A stretch of 16,915 bases of DNA, from the NCBI GenBank assembly GCA_040752415.1, contig JBFMGU010000227.1, positions 1 to 16,915 of the forward strand. Reading direction: 5' to 3'. The position numbers were made by a program, and so were the translations under genes. This DNA comes from Myxococcota bacterium (GTDB lineage: Bacteria; Myxococcota; JACRCW01). Positions within the stretch are counted from its first letter, which is position 1. Every line of letters begins with the position of its first letter. The notes under the pieces were generated by a model that saw nothing but the letters and a program-made list of their open reading frames with translations, was not told the origin of the DNA and did no database searches. Shown here piece by piece: positions 16,778 through 16,915 of this stretch.

Positions 16778-16915
16778 ACGGTTGACGACCCACGTGATCC
16801 GCATCAACGCATGGAGGCACCCGTTGGTGTCACCGGCGGCCAAGGCCGCAGCTGGAAAAACACCAAGCCCTGCCCTCGCAGACCACTTTCACGACGTCAT
16901 CGTCGGCAGGGCTCT

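Noticed and set aside
16232..16915. ORFs 16232..16615, 16414..16785, 16503..16820, 16510..16707 and a possible gene start after GGAGG at about 16813
   Set aside because: The ORFs are low-complexity, lack the GC3 codon bias of the real genes and overlap the inverted repeats. The edge ORF is too short to evaluate.

Overview
GC-rich bacterial DNA, most consistent with Myxococcota or a related deltaproteobacterial lineage; this is inferred from the T3SS type, a Hanks kinase and a Myxococcus-like LexA box. Contents from left to right: (1) a non-coding array of about four 72-74 bp tandem repeats; (2) a lipoprotein containing only the 5'-nucleotidase C-terminal domain (minus strand); (3) a divergently transcribed five-gene type III export module (sctQ/fliM-fliN fusion, fliO, sctR/fliP, sctS/fliQ, sctT/fliR) with no sctU/flhB, sctV/flhA, ATPase or ring genes beside it; (4) a beta-lactamase-family serine hydrolase coupled to a small Cys-containing lipoprotein; (5) a minus-strand run, listed left to right: recQ with a candidate LexA operator, a GT2 glycosyltransferase, a radical-SAM homologue lacking CxxxCxxC, pepQ, a large soluble Ser/Thr kinase, and a two-repeat lipoprotein; (6) a structured non-coding region with three alternating inverted repeats. 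The best leads are the hybrid flagellar/injectisome export module, the motif-less radical SAM with a Cys-rich tail, the probably SOS-controlled leaderless recQ, and the two repeat regions. All family assignments come from motif recognition by eye; no database searches were run.
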